Shown: positions 50,055-59,089 of the stretch, piece after piece
Position numbering within the stretch: the first letter of the stretch is position 1
Layout of the letters: each line of letters opens with the position of its first letter
Assembly: GCA_028286615.1 (NCBI GenBank)
Contig: JAQBRG010000005.1
Coordinates: forward strand, 913-64,912
DNA length: 64,000 nucleotides
Direction of reading: 5' to 3'
Source of the DNA: Parcubacteria group bacterium
GTDB lineage: Bacteria; Patescibacteriota; Minisyncoccia; Phycocordibacterales; Phycocordibacteraceae
Notes under the pieces: model-generated
The model's database searches: none
The model's input: the letters and a program-made list of their open reading frames with translations, nothing else
What the model was told of the DNA's origin: nothing
Made by a program: the position numbers and the translations under genes

Positions 50055-50086
50055 TTAACCTCTGTGACCCAGGTCACAGAGGTTAA
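50055..50086. terminator. 15-bp perfect inverted repeat, probable terminator
   Basis: TTAACCTCTGTGACC-CA-GGTCACAGAGGTTAA. Confidence 0.6.
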
Positions 50087-50107
50087 GACGTTCGAACTCA
50101 ATAAGTA

Positions 50108-50341
50108 TTACGCGCCGGGAACTTTGTCACCAACAACCTCCTGGTCTGATGAGTCGTCCATGAGCATAACACCGCTGTGTATGCCGATGCCAGGAGCTGT
50201 CATAAGAGCAGCGTTAGCTGTGGCAGCATCAACAGTCATAACCTCGCCGCTTTGATTTACGTATGCGTACGTAGCAGCAAAAGAAATGCCTGGAAGTGCG
50301 AGGAGTGCTGCAGATGCAGCGCCGAGAAGTACCTTTTTCAT
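50108..50341 (-). CDS. Small secreted protein
   Basis: Signal peptide MKK...SFA. Confidence 0.65.
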   Translation of the reverse strand: MKKVLLGAASAALLALPGISFAATYAYVNQSGEVMTVDAATANAALMTAPGIGIHSGVMLMDDSSDQEVVGDKVPGA

Positions 50342-50438
50342 AGTCTAGATAGTGTTTAGGGTTATCGGGTTGCTAATAATCTGGCAATCCGTACGTTATC
50401 TATAGCTTATTGTTCATGAACTCAAGATGAAGGATTCA

Positions 50439-50699
50439 TCAAGACTCATTTAGGTGTCTCGTGAAGTGTTGCTTGATGGTTGCGTCGAGTGCTCGGCTGA
50501 AGTCTATGGCGTGCTTTGGGGACAAGGCTACTTCTGAAATAAGCGAACCAACCTTAGCGTTAGGACGTATGTAGGCAAACTGAATTATTACAGAATCGTC
50601 AGAAACGGTTACCTGCGTAGCATTACAGAAAATTGCTTTTGCATCAGGAGATATGTTTATGGCTATCTCTTTCTTGGGTACGGGTACGAGCTCATCCAT
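50439..50699 (-). CDS. DUF3467-like protein
   Basis: F.N...V......IIQF, V.LSP.HA. Confidence 0.55.
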   Translation of the reverse strand: MDELVPVPKKEIAINISPDAKAIFCNATQVTVSDDSVIIQFAYIRPNAKVGSLISEVALSPKHAIDFSRALDATIKQHFTRHLNES

Positions 50700-50700
50700 A

Positions 50701-50895
50701 TTAGAAAATATGCTTTATCTTATCTATTATTTCCGTGAACCAGTTTACAAGTATCTCCCATCCGTCTTTAACCTGGCCCCATACGTAGCCGAAGTTCTCT
50801 GTTCCAGCTGGAGACTCTACAATATGGCGGATGGAGATGCCGAAGTACGAAAGCGCCAGGATAGCGATAACGATAAGAATGATGAGTCTAATCAT
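50701..50895 (-). CDS. Small membrane protein
   Basis: IIL...IL.LSYFG..IR..VESP....NF.YV. Confidence 0.6.
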   Translation of the reverse strand: MIRLIILIVIAILALSYFGISIRHIVESPAGTENFGYVWGQVKDGWEILVNWFTEIIDKIKHIF

Positions 50896-50915
50896 GGGAC
50901 CAGTATACTACGGGC

Positions 50916-51566
50916 ATGTCTACTAAGAAGCGCACTGCAGTGAAAAAGGATCAGGTTAAGGTAGCCATGGCACACCTCAAGAAGGTTGATCCTCTTATGC
51001 ACGCTGCTGCCCTCCCCTACCGCAAGGAACTAGGAAAGAAGATAACTCACAGGCGCGGATATAAGCGCGACGACCTCTTTGCTGCACTTGCCGGGTCTGT
51101 GGTTGGTCAACAGCTTTCCGTTAAAGCAGCCGATACTATCTGGGAACGGCTTCGGGTAGCCTCAGGAGGCGCCGTTACCCCCGAAGCAATTAAGAAGCTT
51201 CGCGTGCCAACCATGCGCAAGGCAGGACTCTCTGCAGCTAAGATTAAAACGCTTAAAGAACTTTCTAATGCAGTGCTTATCGGGAACTTGGACCTCCCTG
51301 CCCTTCGCAAGGTGCCTGAAGAAGAAGCCATAACAAGACTCTCAAGTATTTGGGGTATAGGACGTTGGACTGCAGAAATGTTTCTCATGTTCGCGCTTGA
51401 TAGAGAGGACGTGTTCTCTTCTGGAGATTTGGCACTCAGGCGAGCTGTTGAAACTATTTATAATTTGCCGAAAGACACTCCTTTAAAAACAATAGAAGCT
51501 ATTGCTGCAAGCTGGACTCCGCACAGGACTTTTGCATCTAGAGTGTTGTGGATGACCAGGGACTAA
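50916..51566 (+). CDS. DNA-3-methyladenine glycosylase (AlkA/HhH-GPD)
   Basis: QQLS.KAA, GIG.WTAEMFLMF, GDL.L. Confidence 0.9.
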   Translation: MSTKKRTAVKKDQVKVAMAHLKKVDPLMHAAALPYRKELGKKITHRRGYKRDDLFAALAGSVVGQQLSVKAADTIWERLRVASGGAVTPEAIKKLRVPTMRKAGLSAAKIKTLKELSNAVLIGNLDLPALRKVPEEEAITRLSSIWGIGRWTAEMFLMFALDREDVFSSGDLALRRAVETIYNLPKDTPLKTIEAIAASWTPHRTFASRVLWMTRD

Positions 51567-51584
51567 ATAAATTAGCCTCTTAGT

Positions 51585-52196
51585 TTAAGGGCAGGTATAA
51601 AACGAAGTGTTCGCTGCATTGAAATCGAGCGTCACTGCCTTAGAGGCTCCAGTACTATCTACACACCAACCATTGGCGCCACTGCTTGTCGGACTATTCA
51701 ACGGGACAGCAAACGCCCACCGTGCCGAACTTACGCCGCAAAAGACACGACTCCCGTTTGCCGCACCTCGATTATGAACTACACCCACCCCAAGCGCATT
51801 TATATTCCCTGTAACATCAGGATCAAGAACCGTATTAATAAATAATGCAGCAAAGCTCGGGTTTGTTTTACTTAGGCACTGATCCACGTTATCTTCCCCG
51901 CCACCTGCTCCCAAGCCAGTATATGAGCCGTTCGCTGCGGAGAATATCTCTGCCTGATTGCGCATCGCTGCCATTTGCGTTTTGATAGCCGCGTCTCTGC
52001 TTTGCGAACGTGCATAGTTGAGAGACGCCAGAATGATTCCAGAGAGCAGCCCGATAATGGCAATTACTACTAGCAATTCTACAAGTGTAAAACCGCGAAC
52101 TTGTACGTTCTTTCTTTGGCATGCTGGAACAGCTTTGCGCACAGAGCTAAAGAAGCCTTCTTCCAAGTGTTCTATTGACTGCAGCTTTTCCATCAT
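51585..52196 (-). CDS. Type IV pilin-like protein
   Basis: G/FTLVELLVVIAIIGLL prepilin motif, WCVDS. Confidence 0.88.
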   Translation of the reverse strand: MMEKLQSIEHLEEGFFSSVRKAVPACQRKNVQVRGFTLVELLVVIAIIGLLSGIILASLNYARSQSRDAAIKTQMAAMRNQAEIFSAANGSYTGLGAGGGEDNVDQCLSKTNPSFAALFINTVLDPDVTGNINALGVGVVHNRGAANGSRVFCGVSSARWAFAVPLNSPTSSGANGWCVDSTGASKAVTLDFNAANTSFYTCP

Positions 52197-52633
52197 GTGA
52201 GATCTAAAGCTCGGGCCGGTGCAAGTATGGCCCTGGGATCTTTCTTCCAAGCATCTGAAACATCGGCATATAACTCAAGCTCGTTTCCATCCGGATCAAG
52301 AATATACAGCGAGTGTGTAACACCATGGTCTGTAGACCCTATGATAGATACTCCTTTGGCTTTAAGTTCCCTATATGCTTCCTTAACGTCTTCTGTCTTG
52401 TCCCCAATCTTAAACCCTATGTGATACAAGCCTGGTTTTTGAGAGCCGGGTACTTTAGGCTGCCCTCCAACCTCAAGCATAAGGAGCTCATGGTGTGTTC
52501 GACCTGAAGAGAATATCGCCATACCAGGCCCGCGAGATATTTCATGAAAACCAAGAGTTTCCTTATAGAAATCAGCCATACGAATTGCGTCCGTAACATA
52601 AAGAACGACATGTCCTAGTTCTTTTATTTGCAT
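52193..52633 (-). CDS. VOC/glyoxalase family protein
   Basis: GHVVL.V, GLYH.GF, DHG..SLY..DPDGNE.EL. Confidence 0.88.
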   Translation of the reverse strand: MQIKELGHVVLYVTDAIRMADFYKETLGFHEISRGPGMAIFSSGRTHHELLMLEVGGQPKVPGSQKPGLYHIGFKIGDKTEDVKEAYRELKAKGVSIIGSTDHGVTHSLYILDPDGNELELYADVSDAWKKDPRAILAPARALDLT

Positions 52634-52685
52634 GTCCCTATTCTACCCTGTTGTGCCGCTCACTCTGGATGAGGTTGAAAGCCTC

Positions 52686-53123
52686 TTATCCTTTAATAAA
52701 TCTAGGCTCATCTGAGAATAAAGTTCCTGCGCGCAGATCTTTTGCGATTCTATCTGGAAGAATCCTGACATCTGTTGTGGGAGACACCCATACTATTTCG
52801 TTTATTTCATGAATATGCGTTCTTTCTAATCCTTCTAGGTTTACAAAATCCTGACCATTTAGGACCTCAAAAAAGAATTCTACTGGTTGAGTTAAGTTTT
52901 TGTCCTCAAAAGTATTTACGTATAGCAGTCTTCCAATTTGCGGCTCAACTCCAAGTTCTTCTACAATTTCTCTACTAAGACATTCTTTAGGGTCCTCTCC
53001 CCATTCAAGGTGACCTCCTGGAAGCGCGACAAAAGTTATGTCGTGAGAATGCCTAACTACAAGTAATTTTCCCTCGTGGAGGATTATTGCGCGGCAACGA
53101 ATTACATATTTCTTACCTTGCAT
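52686..53123 (-). CDS. NUDIX hydrolase
   Basis: LPGGHLE.GE....L.RE..EELG. Confidence 0.88.
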   Translation of the reverse strand: MQGKKYVIRCRAIILHEGKLLVVRHSHDITFVALPGGHLEWGEDPKECLSREIVEELGVEPQIGRLLYVNTFEDKNLTQPVEFFFEVLNGQDFVNLEGLERTHIHEINEIVWVSPTTDVRILPDRIAKDLRAGTLFSDEPRFIKG

Positions 53124-53221
53124 ATCTGAATGGTATCAGATTAGGTATGGTTAGCAGCCTAAGACGATGTTGGAACCTCTTTGCAACATGTGATAGGTTC
53201 TGTCTAGAAGGAGGATCAGCC

Positions 53222-53686
53222 ATGTGGATTGAGGAATATACCTATGGACCGCCTATATCTGAAGAGGAGCGCCAGCGGCACGTCGCTGCCATTGAGGAGG
53301 CTCTCCAAAAATATAGGGAGTATCTGGAAGCTAGGGGCGAAGTAATCTGCCAGCTCTGGTCAATACATGACATAGACAGGCGTCACAGCCATCAGTTCTG
53401 CTCTCTGCACATCGATGATTTGAAGCGCAAGGATTTCCATAAGCGCTATAACAGCTCGTTGCCAGAAACAGCACCGGACACCTATTATGCTTTTGCTCGG
53501 GATGAGCACTCCCGACTCATCCCAACCTATCACTGCCGTGTGGACGCAACGATTTACAGGCGCATCAAGGATAGCGATATTGGGCTCTGGTGCGTAACCA
53601 TTCCTATGGATACCGTCGAGGCGGTCGCACTCATTCCGCCAAACGATTTTATCTCACTGACCGAAGGCTTGATGCCTGCCCGCTAA
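53222..53686 (+). CDS. Cassette 1: hypothetical protein
   Basis: AGGAGG RBS, ATG 53222, hairpin downstream. Confidence 0.6.
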   Translation: MWIEEYTYGPPISEEERQRHVAAIEEALQKYREYLEARGEVICQLWSIHDIDRRHSHQFCSLHIDDLKRKDFHKRYNSSLPETAPDTYYAFARDEHSRLIPTYHCRVDATIYRRIKDSDIGLWCVTIPMDTVEAVALIPPNDFISLTEGLMPAR

Positions 53687-53777
53687 TATTGAATTAAACT
53701 AAGCCGTACGGTTCGCCCTGCGGTTTTCTTTTGCAAGTTAAAATTAGTGAGCTAGCTGCCTGGGACGATCTTGGAAC

Positions 53778-54419
53778 TTATTTAATCAGATGTTGCGTAT
53801 ATCCTTCAGCAACTAGCTGCACGTAGGCCTGCCACACATCGTCTGGTATCTCTTGTTCAATTTGAAAACCCTTAGCCGGATATTCCTTTATACGCTGGAG
53901 ATCTCCAACCATCATATTAATTAAGTATTCTTTTGTTCGCTCCTCGTTAGGATATTCTTTGAAGGATATGGGTGGGGACGTAACCACGAAGTCCATATCA
54001 GGCCATTGTTTAGCGAAAGTAGCATAAGTTCGTCGCTCCATGTAGGGCTTCTGTATAAGAATGAGCTTGCCAACTTCTACGCCCTTTTCTTTAAGTAGCT
54101 GTTTTGTGAATTGAACGTTGTCTCCAGTATTCGTTGCTTCCTTCTCAAGCAAAATCTTATCTTCAGGAACTCCCAGACTCATTGCAACTTCTGTAAATTT
54201 CTCTGCTTCAGTCATGCCCCACAATTCCATAGTCTTTCCCTTCCCATCTCGGCCCGAAAAGATGATAAGCGGGGCCCAGCCCTCGAGATAGAGTTCCGCT
54301 GCATACGCAGGAACGCGCAAATCGCTGCTCCCAAGCACAAAGATTGCATCAGCCTTCTCAAGAGGCTGGTGCAGCTGCATGTAGTCCCAGATAAGTTCTG
54401 CGGCTGAATCAGTATTCAT
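53778..54419 (-). CDS. Cassette 2: YdcF/DUF218 family protein
   Basis: IWDY, LGS.DLRV, E..ATNTG.N, KPYMERR. Confidence 0.85.
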   Translation of the reverse strand: MNTDSAAELIWDYMQLHQPLEKADAIFVLGSSDLRVPAYAAELYLEGWAPLIIFSGRDGKGKTMELWGMTEAEKFTEVAMSLGVPEDKILLEKEATNTGDNVQFTKQLLKEKGVEVGKLILIQKPYMERRTYATFAKQWPDMDFVVTSPPISFKEYPNEERTKEYLINMMVGDLQRIKEYPAKGFQIEQEIPDDVWQAYVQLVAEGYTQHLIK

Positions 54420-54602
54420 GTGAACACATTAGCATTGCTGGCAGTCTGGGACGATGTTGGCGCCAAACTACTTCAAAAACTCGAATCCTGTGTACTGAGC
54501 TAAATTTGACAATCTAAGTCAAACATGTTATATACAAATATCAGTCCATGCGACTGAGTGGCGGGATTGGCCTGCCACGTTCCTTCATGCAAGGAGAAGA
54601 CG

Positions 54603-55208
54603 ATGAGTGAATTTGACCGTCTGGGCGTCGTTCGATCGACGGCTATTGCCGCAGCCAATGCGGTGGTCAACCACATGAACATCGGACAGTTCATTTCGGA
54701 GTTCGACAAGATCAACGACTATACGCTGCGAGCATGTAAGTTCCAGGGTAATGCTGAGGTGCAGATTGAGGGCCGTACGAATCATGACCTTTGGGTCTAC
54801 CCAACCTGCACGGTGATTTTCAAGAACAATCGGCAGGCAGGGTTCCCGATCGATCGAGTGTACGTTTCCGTGACGTACGCAGGTCGCGACGGAGTGCATT
54901 CGAATCGCCAGTACTACGTCTGCACGTTCTACGAGGACGTGGCGGTCGCGAGACTGGCCCGTTCACCGCACGACGAGACCGAAGTCGTGGTCTTCAGCAG
55001 TAATAGTCAAGGGAAGTTCTACTTCTCCAAAGACCATTGCCAGCCCTACGCCAACGGATTCGTCCCGACGAGCCACAAGCTGCCGTGCAAGGTGAAGGGT
55101 CGCCTTGGCCTGTCCGAAGGGCTGGTCTGTACGCGTGAGGAACTGATCTTCGTGTTCTACGACGACAAGAAGGAAGTCCCTAACCCTGACGTCCGCTACT
55201 TGTCCTAA
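54603..55208 (+). CDS. Cassette 3: hypothetical GC-rich protein
   Basis: TTGACA-17-TATATA promoter, AAGGAG RBS, terminator 55221-55247. Confidence 0.6.
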   Translation: MSEFDRLGVVRSTAIAAANAVVNHMNIGQFISEFDKINDYTLRACKFQGNAEVQIEGRTNHDLWVYPTCTVIFKNNRQAGFPIDRVYVSVTYAGRDGVHSNRQYYVCTFYEDVAVARLARSPHDETEVVVFSSNSQGKFYFSKDHCQPYANGFVPTSHKLPCKVKGRLGLSEGLVCTREELIFVFYDDKKEVPNPDVRYLS

Positions 55209-55339
55209 CAATTGTTCACAGCCCCCGGACTTAGATGACCGGGGGCTCAATATTTTTATACAAACTGATTCTAATGTCCTTCACGCGCTGCTAAACATTG
55301 CTGGCAGTCTGGGACGTTATTCGAACAAACTTAAAGGCC

Positions 55340-55882
55340 TCACCGCATGGGTGAGGCCTCAATAAGGAGCAGATTCGCAATAAGGTCGAGGAAGTTCGCT
55401 TCGAGACGATATTGCGGGATGTGATATCGAGCATAGCGGCTTTTTGGCCAGCCCATCGCGACATTAAGCGGCTTTATGCGTTCTTCCACGGATAAGGCAT
55501 GCGCACGGATATCCGTTGCCTCTTCTCTAAGAACGGCAGCGATCTTCGGACAGTCTGCGGTTTCCAGCAGTTGCACAAAGGCCAAGGCTCCCTGGATTTG
55601 ATCTTCAATGGCCTTACTCTGGGTTTCTTGAAATTCAAGCTCTTCGCTGGCTACGTCCAGGGCCATAGATGCGCCTCCGGCCAGGGCACTTAATGATGAG
55701 TCCGGCGGCAGTTCATCTTGTAAATCTTTAAGTATATCCTCGACATGTTCCGGACTCTTAAGATGATGCACGTACTTATCCTGAAGATTTGCGTCCTTCG
55801 CGAGCTGTCTGGCTCGATTTAGATAAGTCGTGATGAGAAAAGCCAAAACGTCGGCTCGGGTTTGAAACACGGTAGGCAACAT
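55340..55882 (-). CDS. Cassette 4: hypothetical helical protein
   Basis: AGGAG RBS; TTGACT promoter abutting repeat 5. Confidence 0.6.
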   Translation of the reverse strand: MLPTVFQTRADVLAFLITTYLNRARQLAKDANLQDKYVHHLKSPEHVEDILKDLQDELPPDSSLSALAGGASMALDVASEELEFQETQSKAIEDQIQGALAFVQLLETADCPKIAAVLREEATDIRAHALSVEERIKPLNVAMGWPKSRYARYHIPQYRLEANFLDLIANLLLIEASPMR

Positions 55883-55968
55883 AGCCTTCTCCTGTAATGA
55901 ACGTTCAGGAGAATACTATAACTTATTTATAAAAAGTCAATGCTGGCAGTCTGGGACGATGTTGGAAC

Positions 55969-56502
55969 CTATTTACCCAGAGCTTTCTTCAAAGCATCAA
56001 CTAATTCAGGGAGCTCTGGTTGACCGAAATGGCCCCGGTCAGCAAACTCGTAGTACTCGGTCTTTAGTTCTTTATGTATTTCGTGGGCTTGAGGAAGTGG
56101 AATGTACGGGTCATCAATTGAAGCAAACTGCAGTATGAATTGTTGGTTATTGCGTATAGCAGTCCAGTCCCAAGGATCGTCAAAGTAATGGCTCGCCTTC
56201 TCTGTCTCATATCCTAAATCCGTAATGCTGGGAGCAACTAATACAGAGCCTAGAACTTTATTTGTTTCTGCATAACGCATTGCAGCTACCGCACCAGAAG
56301 AGTGTCCGATCAGAACAGTATTTTCATCCGCTTCCAATTCTTTTAGAAAAGGGAGCCAGTATTCCTTACGCGCCAATTCAGCGTCTGGGAATTGTGTATT
56401 TATGACTGCTATACCCAGATTCACAAGCTCTCGCTCAATGTATGGTGACCAGTTGTCTTCTGGAGATCCTCCACCATTCCCAGGAAGTATTATCGCTTTC
56501 AT
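55969..56502 (-). CDS. Cassette 5: RBBP9/YdeN alpha/beta hydrolase
   Basis: PGNGG, GHSSG, S.DDPYIP, GHF. Confidence 0.88.
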   Translation of the reverse strand: MKAIILPGNGGGSPEDNWSPYIERELVNLGIAVINTQFPDAELARKEYWLPFLKELEADENTVLIGHSSGAVAAMRYAETNKVLGSVLVAPSITDLGYETEKASHYFDDPWDWTAIRNNQQFILQFASIDDPYIPLPQAHEIHKELKTEYYEFADRGHFGQPELPELVDALKKALGK

Positions 56503-56598
56503 TATTGAAGTGTAACAAACTTCCTGGCAGTCTGGGACGATGTTGGAACCTTTATGCAATATGTGATAGGTTCTGTCTAGGTAATAAGGAGATGCCAA

Positions 56599-57027
56599 AT
56601 GCAACGTGAGGTAGTTCTTGCACAGAAGACGCGTGACATTCAAGAAAGCCTGGAGTCATGGGCTCTCGAATCTGGCCTTTTAAGTCCAGGCGAGCAGCTA
56701 GTGTTTTCTCTTCGAATTGAGGGTAGCCCCATTGTCGTGCGCAATGTCGCCGATATGGAACCGCTACTGGAAATGAAAGTCATCGACTTCTTTAATGCGG
56801 AGCGTCTCCGTATGATCGATGCATCGTGCGGCAGAAAGGGCATCGCTACACGAGTTTTTAATGTCATCCGGGAGCAAGGCTATATGGATGACAACTGTAC
56901 CTTGCGAAATTTTCTCCAAAAGGAGACGGTTACAAGCCTACTTCGATATCCCAATTCTGGCAGACTGTGTACAAACGTATTGCGTGAGGTATTCAAGAAT
57001 GTCGGGCTCGTTCTAAGAGAAAAATAA
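56599..57027 (+). CDS. Cassette 6: hypothetical protein with RNAP alpha-CTD-like C-terminus
   Basis: R..N.I......TL..FL......LL..PN.G......L...F...GL.L; AAGGAG RBS. Confidence 0.5.
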   Translation: MQREVVLAQKTRDIQESLESWALESGLLSPGEQLVFSLRIEGSPIVVRNVADMEPLLEMKVIDFFNAERLRMIDASCGRKGIATRVFNVIREQGYMDDNCTLRNFLQKETVTSLLRYPNSGRLCTNVLREVFKNVGLVLREK

Positions 57028-57155
57028 TCAACCGCGTAATGGGATTTCCGTTCATGCGGTTTTCCTATTTTGCTGGCAGTCTGGGACGATGTTGGAACCT
57101 ATTTGCAATACATGCTAGGTTCTGTCCAGACCCTTTGAATCGAAAGGAATGTGAG

Positions 57156-57665
57156 ATGGCGGTAAACGTACCGGAAATAATTGCACTGAGCAGTGAGCGA
57201 CTTGGGATACCTGGCATCCTCGCACTTTTCCAGGTTGCGCATGAACGTGGAATTGGGTTGGGCGGGGCTTCAAAGGAAAGAGAGTCGGAAGCTCCAGAAC
57301 CAGTCTATGCGCTCGACGTGTTCCAGCTCTGCGACGACTTCGGGAATTTCCTCTGCCGGGCTGTCGAAATGGCAGTGAACGACTTTCTCGAGAAGCCAGG
57401 GTACGAGCACAGCGCCGAACTCGTCGTGTATGCATACGACGAGAGGCGCCGTGGCCGTTCCAACTCCATACCTGCGCTTCTCGGTGATGGCGATTGGGGT
57501 GATACTCTCGATCATGCCGTTGGCGAAGCAATCACCAACTTCATCAAAAACGGTGGCTGCCGCGACATTATCACGCTCGCTGTTCGGGTGTATCACGGGA
57601 GAAAACGGAGCAAGCTCGGCAGATTCGAAGTCGATCTCACTCGCTATCCCGCTACAGAGCATTAA
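57156..57665 (+). CDS. Cassette 7: hypothetical protein
   Basis: AAGGA RBS, ATG 57156. Confidence 0.55.
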   Translation: MAVNVPEIIALSSERLGIPGILALFQVAHERGIGLGGASKERESEAPEPVYALDVFQLCDDFGNFLCRAVEMAVNDFLEKPGYEHSAELVVYAYDERRRGRSNSIPALLGDGDWGDTLDHAVGEAITNFIKNGGCRDIITLAVRVYHGRKRSKLGRFEVDLTRYPATEH

Positions 57666-57747
57666 GCGATTGAATCTCTTAAAGAGGCCTGGAAACGGGT
57701 CTCTTATCTTTAATAAGTTCTGGCAGTCTGGGACGATGTTGGAACCT

Positions 57748-58062
57748 TTATACCTCAAACCTCCTATCTAATTCATCCATAGTTATCAGAAAGGACTGCT
57801 CCAGATCAATATCGTACTTCTTTGCGATAACGAGGAGGGACCACAAGCAATCTGAAAGCTCATGTCTTAACCTTTCATCAACGTCATCCAAATCCCTAAC
57901 CCCCTCCTTAGTCATTACAAGCTTCATAAGATCGCCTACGTCACCCACAAACCCCTGGGCAATTTCACCCGGTGTCCACTCACGACCGTATTTGCTCTTT
58001 TCAAGTATTGAATACTTTTCTCGCACGTCCATTGCTCGCTCACTGAGCTGCTTTAAGTCCAT
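57748..58062 (-). CDS. Cassette 8: MazG-like NTP pyrophosphohydrolase
   Basis: GDVGDL.K, HELSDCLW......IDLE..F. Confidence 0.8.
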   Translation of the reverse strand: MDLKQLSERAMDVREKYSILEKSKYGREWTPGEIAQGFVGDVGDLMKLVMTKEGVRDLDDVDERLRHELSDCLWSLLVIAKKYDIDLEQSFLITMDELDRRFEV

Positions 58063-58212
58063 GAGTTGAGTGTACCAGAATCGCTGGCAGTCCGGGACGA
58101 TGTTGGAACCTTCTTAAATAAGGCTGATTTGACTTATGCATAATAATGTGCTATTCTAGACGTAGACTTGAATCAGAGCTCCTCGCAATCAATTTAAGAG
58201 AAGGATCGCTAA

Positions 58213-58635
58213 ATGCGCCTCAATCTGCTTGCAGTCCTAGCGACTACGGCCATTTTGGCACTGCCTGGCGGTGCTTTAGCTCAGGCGGTCGCGCCACCAG
58301 TAATTCCGGTCGTCGTCATGCCGAGCGATGCGCATATCACGCACACGCCCGGCTACTACCGGTTCGATACCACCCATTTCATGGTGGTTCGGTGGAACGG
58401 CGGCCTGCTCTCGAAAGTCGAGGACGAATATGTCAGCGGCATCTTCGAGAAGTGTGACTCGCAGTTCTTGGCTCCCGGGCCAAACCCAGGCCACGACAGG
58501 CCGATCGACTTCAGTGCGTTGCTCTCCGGCTTCCGCACCTGCGTGCGTACCTCGCTCGATGGGGCACGTCGGCAGAACATTCTTCCCGGCGACTATGACT
58601 ACGTCGTCATGGAAGCTCCCCTCTTTCGGCGCTAA
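58213..58635 (+). CDS. Cassette 9: secreted GC-rich hypothetical protein
   Basis: Signal peptide (ALA), TTGACT-17-TATTCT promoter, hairpin terminator ~58657-58700. Confidence 0.6.
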   Translation: MRLNLLAVLATTAILALPGGALAQAVAPPVIPVVVMPSDAHITHTPGYYRFDTTHFMVVRWNGGLLSKVEDEYVSGIFEKCDSQFLAPGPNPGHDRPIDFSALLSGFRTCVRTSLDGARRQNILPGDYDYVVMEAPLFRR

Positions 58636-58746
58636 TCGCGCCTGCTTCGACCCAAGGCACGTGAATATCGATTTAATTCGATCTCTTCACGTGCTTTTTC
58701 TTATAGATATTGCTGGCAGTCTGGGACGATGTTGGAACTTTTATAT

Positions 58747-58775
58747 AAAAAGGGCCGCACTCGAAAGCGCGGCCC
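58747..58775 (-). terminator. Minus-strand terminator next to repeat 10
   Basis: GGGCCGC / GCGGCCC stem with U-tail on minus strand. Confidence 0.65.
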
Positions 58776-59066
58776 GGACATGATCTGAAGCGATTTAACA
58801 ACGTGGTATCCCAAGGATGGCTCAAGCGAATCTAGCGACCCGCGGTCAACGCCTCCCACGTATCCTGTATTTCAGTAAAAGAAGCTTCAGTTCCACCATG
58901 AAAGGATTTCAACCTTTCTCTTCAGCACAGCCTGTGTGCAATAGCATTCTTCTGATTATCCATTGAAGGAGTTGGGCCGGTAGTCTGCGTGACCCTCAGA
59001 ATTAAGCGGTAAGCACCTGGTGTTGTCCGGACGCAGGATAACACACGTTCCATCGTAGCCAAGTAT

Positions 59067-59089
59067 TACTGGGAGACTAGGTATCGAAC
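59067..59089 (-). repeat. tRNA 3'-end-like fragment / divergent array repeat
   Basis: Minus strand GTTCGATACCTAGTCTCCCAGTA; 11 of 15 match to the repeat's left part. Confidence 0.5.

Larger units (their letters stand above)
53150..58739 (+). repeat. Array of ten 28-bp direct repeats separating single-gene units
   Basis: Consensus GCTGGCAGTCTGGGACGATGTTGGAACC at 53150, 53751, 54437, 55300, 55942, 56523, 57072, 57719, 58083, 58712 (23-28 of 28 matches). Confidence 0.95.

Noticed and set aside
52655-52683. Possible extra degenerate repeat GCCGCTCACTCTGGATGAGGTTGAAAGCC between the VOC and NUDIX genes
   Set aside because: Position fits the array pattern, but it needs a gap and many mismatches; not counted
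53150-58739. CRISPR array interpretation of the 28-bp repeats
   Set aside because: Spacers are hundreds of bp, variable in length and contain whole genes; no cas genes in the window
53150-58739. Classical integron attC array
   Set aside because: Repeats are short and non-palindromic, lack RYYYAAC/GTTRRRY boxes, genes face both ways, and no intI is seen
58832-59053. TGA recoding (genetic code 25)
   Set aside because: TGA terminates other genes here (e.g. rsmH, cysS) and long core ORFs have no internal TGA
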